From: an uncultured Chthonomonadaceae bacterium
GTDB lineage: Bacteria; Armatimonadota; Chthonomonadetes; Chthonomonadales; Chthonomonadaceae
DNA length: 64,000 bases
Assembly: GCA_963835065.1 (NCBI GenBank)
Contig: CAWIEK010000009.1
Span: forward strand, 32,001-96,000
Direction of reading: 5' to 3'
The notes under the pieces were generated by a model. That model was not told where the DNA came from. It did not search any database and worked only from the letters and a program-made list of their open reading frames with translations. Positions 62,277-64,000 of this stretch are shown here, in pieces; within the stretch, counting starts at the first letter, position 1; each line of letters starts with the position of its first letter. The position numbers and the translations under genes are program-made.

Positions 62277-63299
62277 TTAGGTCACTTCCGTACTAATAGT
62301 ATCCTGCATCAGCCGCCAAAGTGCAAATAATTCTTGCGGCTCCACCCGTCTGTTTGGCTTGTGTCTGTTCAGGTTCAATGCTGCGCTTATAGTGAGAGAC
62401 GAGCAAACGAAGCGGAAAGTTTCTGAGGTTAGTGTCTGTCGTGAACAAGTGAACAATTTAGTCTTCTCCCTTGCAGGAAGAAGGTGGCCGAAGGCCGGAT
62501 GAAGGTAGAACCTACCGTTTCCCCGCAGCAGCGCTACAAGGTCGGGACGACCCGCCTGTTGGGCAAGCATGATTGGAGTAACGCCCTTCTTGTTACGATA
62601 ATTCGGATCGCCTCCATGTGCCATGAGCAGACGGAGGCGATCTTCACCATAGTCGCTACTTACAGCGAAATGCAAAGCAGTATCGCCCCCTTCATCTTCC
62701 ATAGAAACGTTCGCGCCATGCTCCAGCAGAAGGCGCGTCATGCCCGTATCACGTACCTCAACAGCTAACATCAGCGGCGTCTTGCCTTCTCTGTCTTGAG
62801 AGTTGACGTTCGCGCCATATTCCAGAAGAAGTTGAACCGTCTCCGAATAGTCACGCCAAATGGCCCAATGCAGAGCGGATACATCTTGTGAGTCTCTGGC
62901 CTTGCAATCCGCGCCATGCGCCAGCATAGTACGAACTAAAAGCGCCTCTTCCGGTTTTTTTTCACGCACAATGATGAAACGATCTGAGAAATGCCAATGC
63001 GCTCCACAAACAAACAGAAACGCCGTCGAACTATCATCTACAAGCGGCGGTGAACGATGCAGTAGCTGCAGCGCCAGTTGCGGCAGGGAAGGCGCGGGCG
63101 AAGCATTGTAGCGCGTGTTCGGGTCGGCTCCCGCGTTGACAAGGAGAAGCGCCTGCTTATTATCGTAGTGTGCAAGAGCGGCAATGAGTTGGCGGTTGAG
63201 GATGTACTGCCGCTTCGCCTGCCATACCCACAGACCACAGCCGCCCGCCAGCAGCACGACAACCAATACTGAAAAAAATAGTAGACGCCGATGTTTCAT
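62277..63299 (-). CDS. Ankyrin repeat protein with N-terminal TM anchor
   Basis: GADPN, SALHWA, GKTPLMLA, GDTALHFA, GVTPIMLA. Confidence 0.9.
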   Translation of the reverse strand: MKHRRLLFFSVLVVVLLAGGCGLWVWQAKRQYILNRQLIAALAHYDNKQALLLVNAGADPNTRYNASPAPSLPQLALQLLHRSPPLVDDSSTAFLFVCGAHWHFSDRFIIVREKKPEEALLVRTMLAHGADCKARDSQDVSALHWAIWRDYSETVQLLLEYGANVNSQDREGKTPLMLAVEVRDTGMTRLLLEHGANVSMEDEGGDTALHFAVSSDYGEDRLRLLMAHGGDPNYRNKKGVTPIMLAQQAGRPDLVALLRGNGRFYLHPAFGHLLPAREKTKLFTCSRQTLTSETFRFVCSSLTISAALNLNRHKPNRRVEPQELFALWRLMQDTISTEVT

Positions 63300-63394
63300 A
63301 TTCTTCTCATTCGCCACTCGATACCAGACACCTATTTTCCTGGCCGCCTTCTTTCCGCAAGTCCTATGCTACTTTGCGCCTTTGCGCAGCGCCT

Positions 63395-64000
63395 TTACTC
63401 CGTCGGAACCACATACAGGCCATCTTCATCGTCCCACGCGATATGCCGGTTGTCTGCAAGCCATTGCACATGCTGCATTGTAAAGTGGTCTGTAGATATC
63501 GTATGCCCGATTTCGCGCAGGTCGCTGCCATCCAGATTGCTCACCCACAAACCCTGCACCTGCTGAACGGGCGGATGGATGCGGGGGATTATGCGGTGCA
63601 GCAGCGTCAGCAGGGGCGACGCTTGTTCATAGCGCAGTTCATAAACGATGCTTTTGGTAATCCGGGGAAGTCGTCGAAGAGCCGTATTGTGGCGTGAAGG
63701 GAAGGTTGAGCGGCAAAGTGCGCAGGGGCTTTGCATCATACCGAATATGGTAGTCGAACACGTCATAAACAGCCAGATGCCAGCCCGTCGGCGGGTTACT
63801 GCCCGCCTGCGGTTCTAATACGTACTCCTTGCCATCCGGCGCAAGCGAGGCGAACAAAGTGTGCGCCTGCGGTGAATTGGCGGCAATCTCCTGATGTTTC
63901 TCAGGATGGCGCACATCATTGACATACACGGGAAGTAGCGATGGTTCCAGTTTTCCATTATTTGCGCCGGGAGCAGGCGTAAAGGAGACCTCCTCATCAC
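63395..64000 (-). pseudogene. TolB/PD40-like protein, 5' end outside the window, apparent frameshift near 63655
   Basis: Frame 1 is open from the window edge (LAPDGKEY..TSPDYQK); frame 2 continues (SIVYEL..LWVSNLDGSDLREIG..WLADNRHIAW..LYVVP); resembles 36555-37448. Confidence 0.6.

Overview
GC-rich bacterial chromosome segment. The gene content (PEP-CTERM and SLH proteins, TM-anchored ankyrin and HEAT families, sigma54-type two-component system) suggests an Armatimonadota-like organism, but this is an inference. Main genes: SpoIID/LytB protein, S53 sedolisin, a C30-type carotenoid cluster (CrtN-like, aldehyde dehydrogenase, CrtP-like), tricorn protease, two-component pair, ABC ATPases, tpx, tyrS, a split D-aminoacylase, a sigma70 factor, a large VWA protein, glycosyltransferases, ppc, BtpA, a T2SSF/PilC-like protein, DUF1501 and a TPR protein. 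The best candidate for an undescribed system is at about 4994-5360, below the ORF-track cutoff. A 43-aa hydrophobic-then-basic peptide on the - strand has a hairpin-occluded RBS and lies opposite a perfect TTGACA-17-TATAAT promoter on the + strand, which is the layout of a type I toxin-antitoxin module. Other points: a lone attC-like site with no integrase in the window; many 7-9-mer tandem-repeat families, some inserted in-frame in proteins and one splitting the aminoacylase; a recurring triple-LLR C-terminal motif; an HTH-less NAFTGA enhancer-binding protein; and a TyrS with HLGF in place of HIGH. No rRNA, tRNA or CRISPR array was seen. All calls come from motif recognition by eye; no database searches were run.
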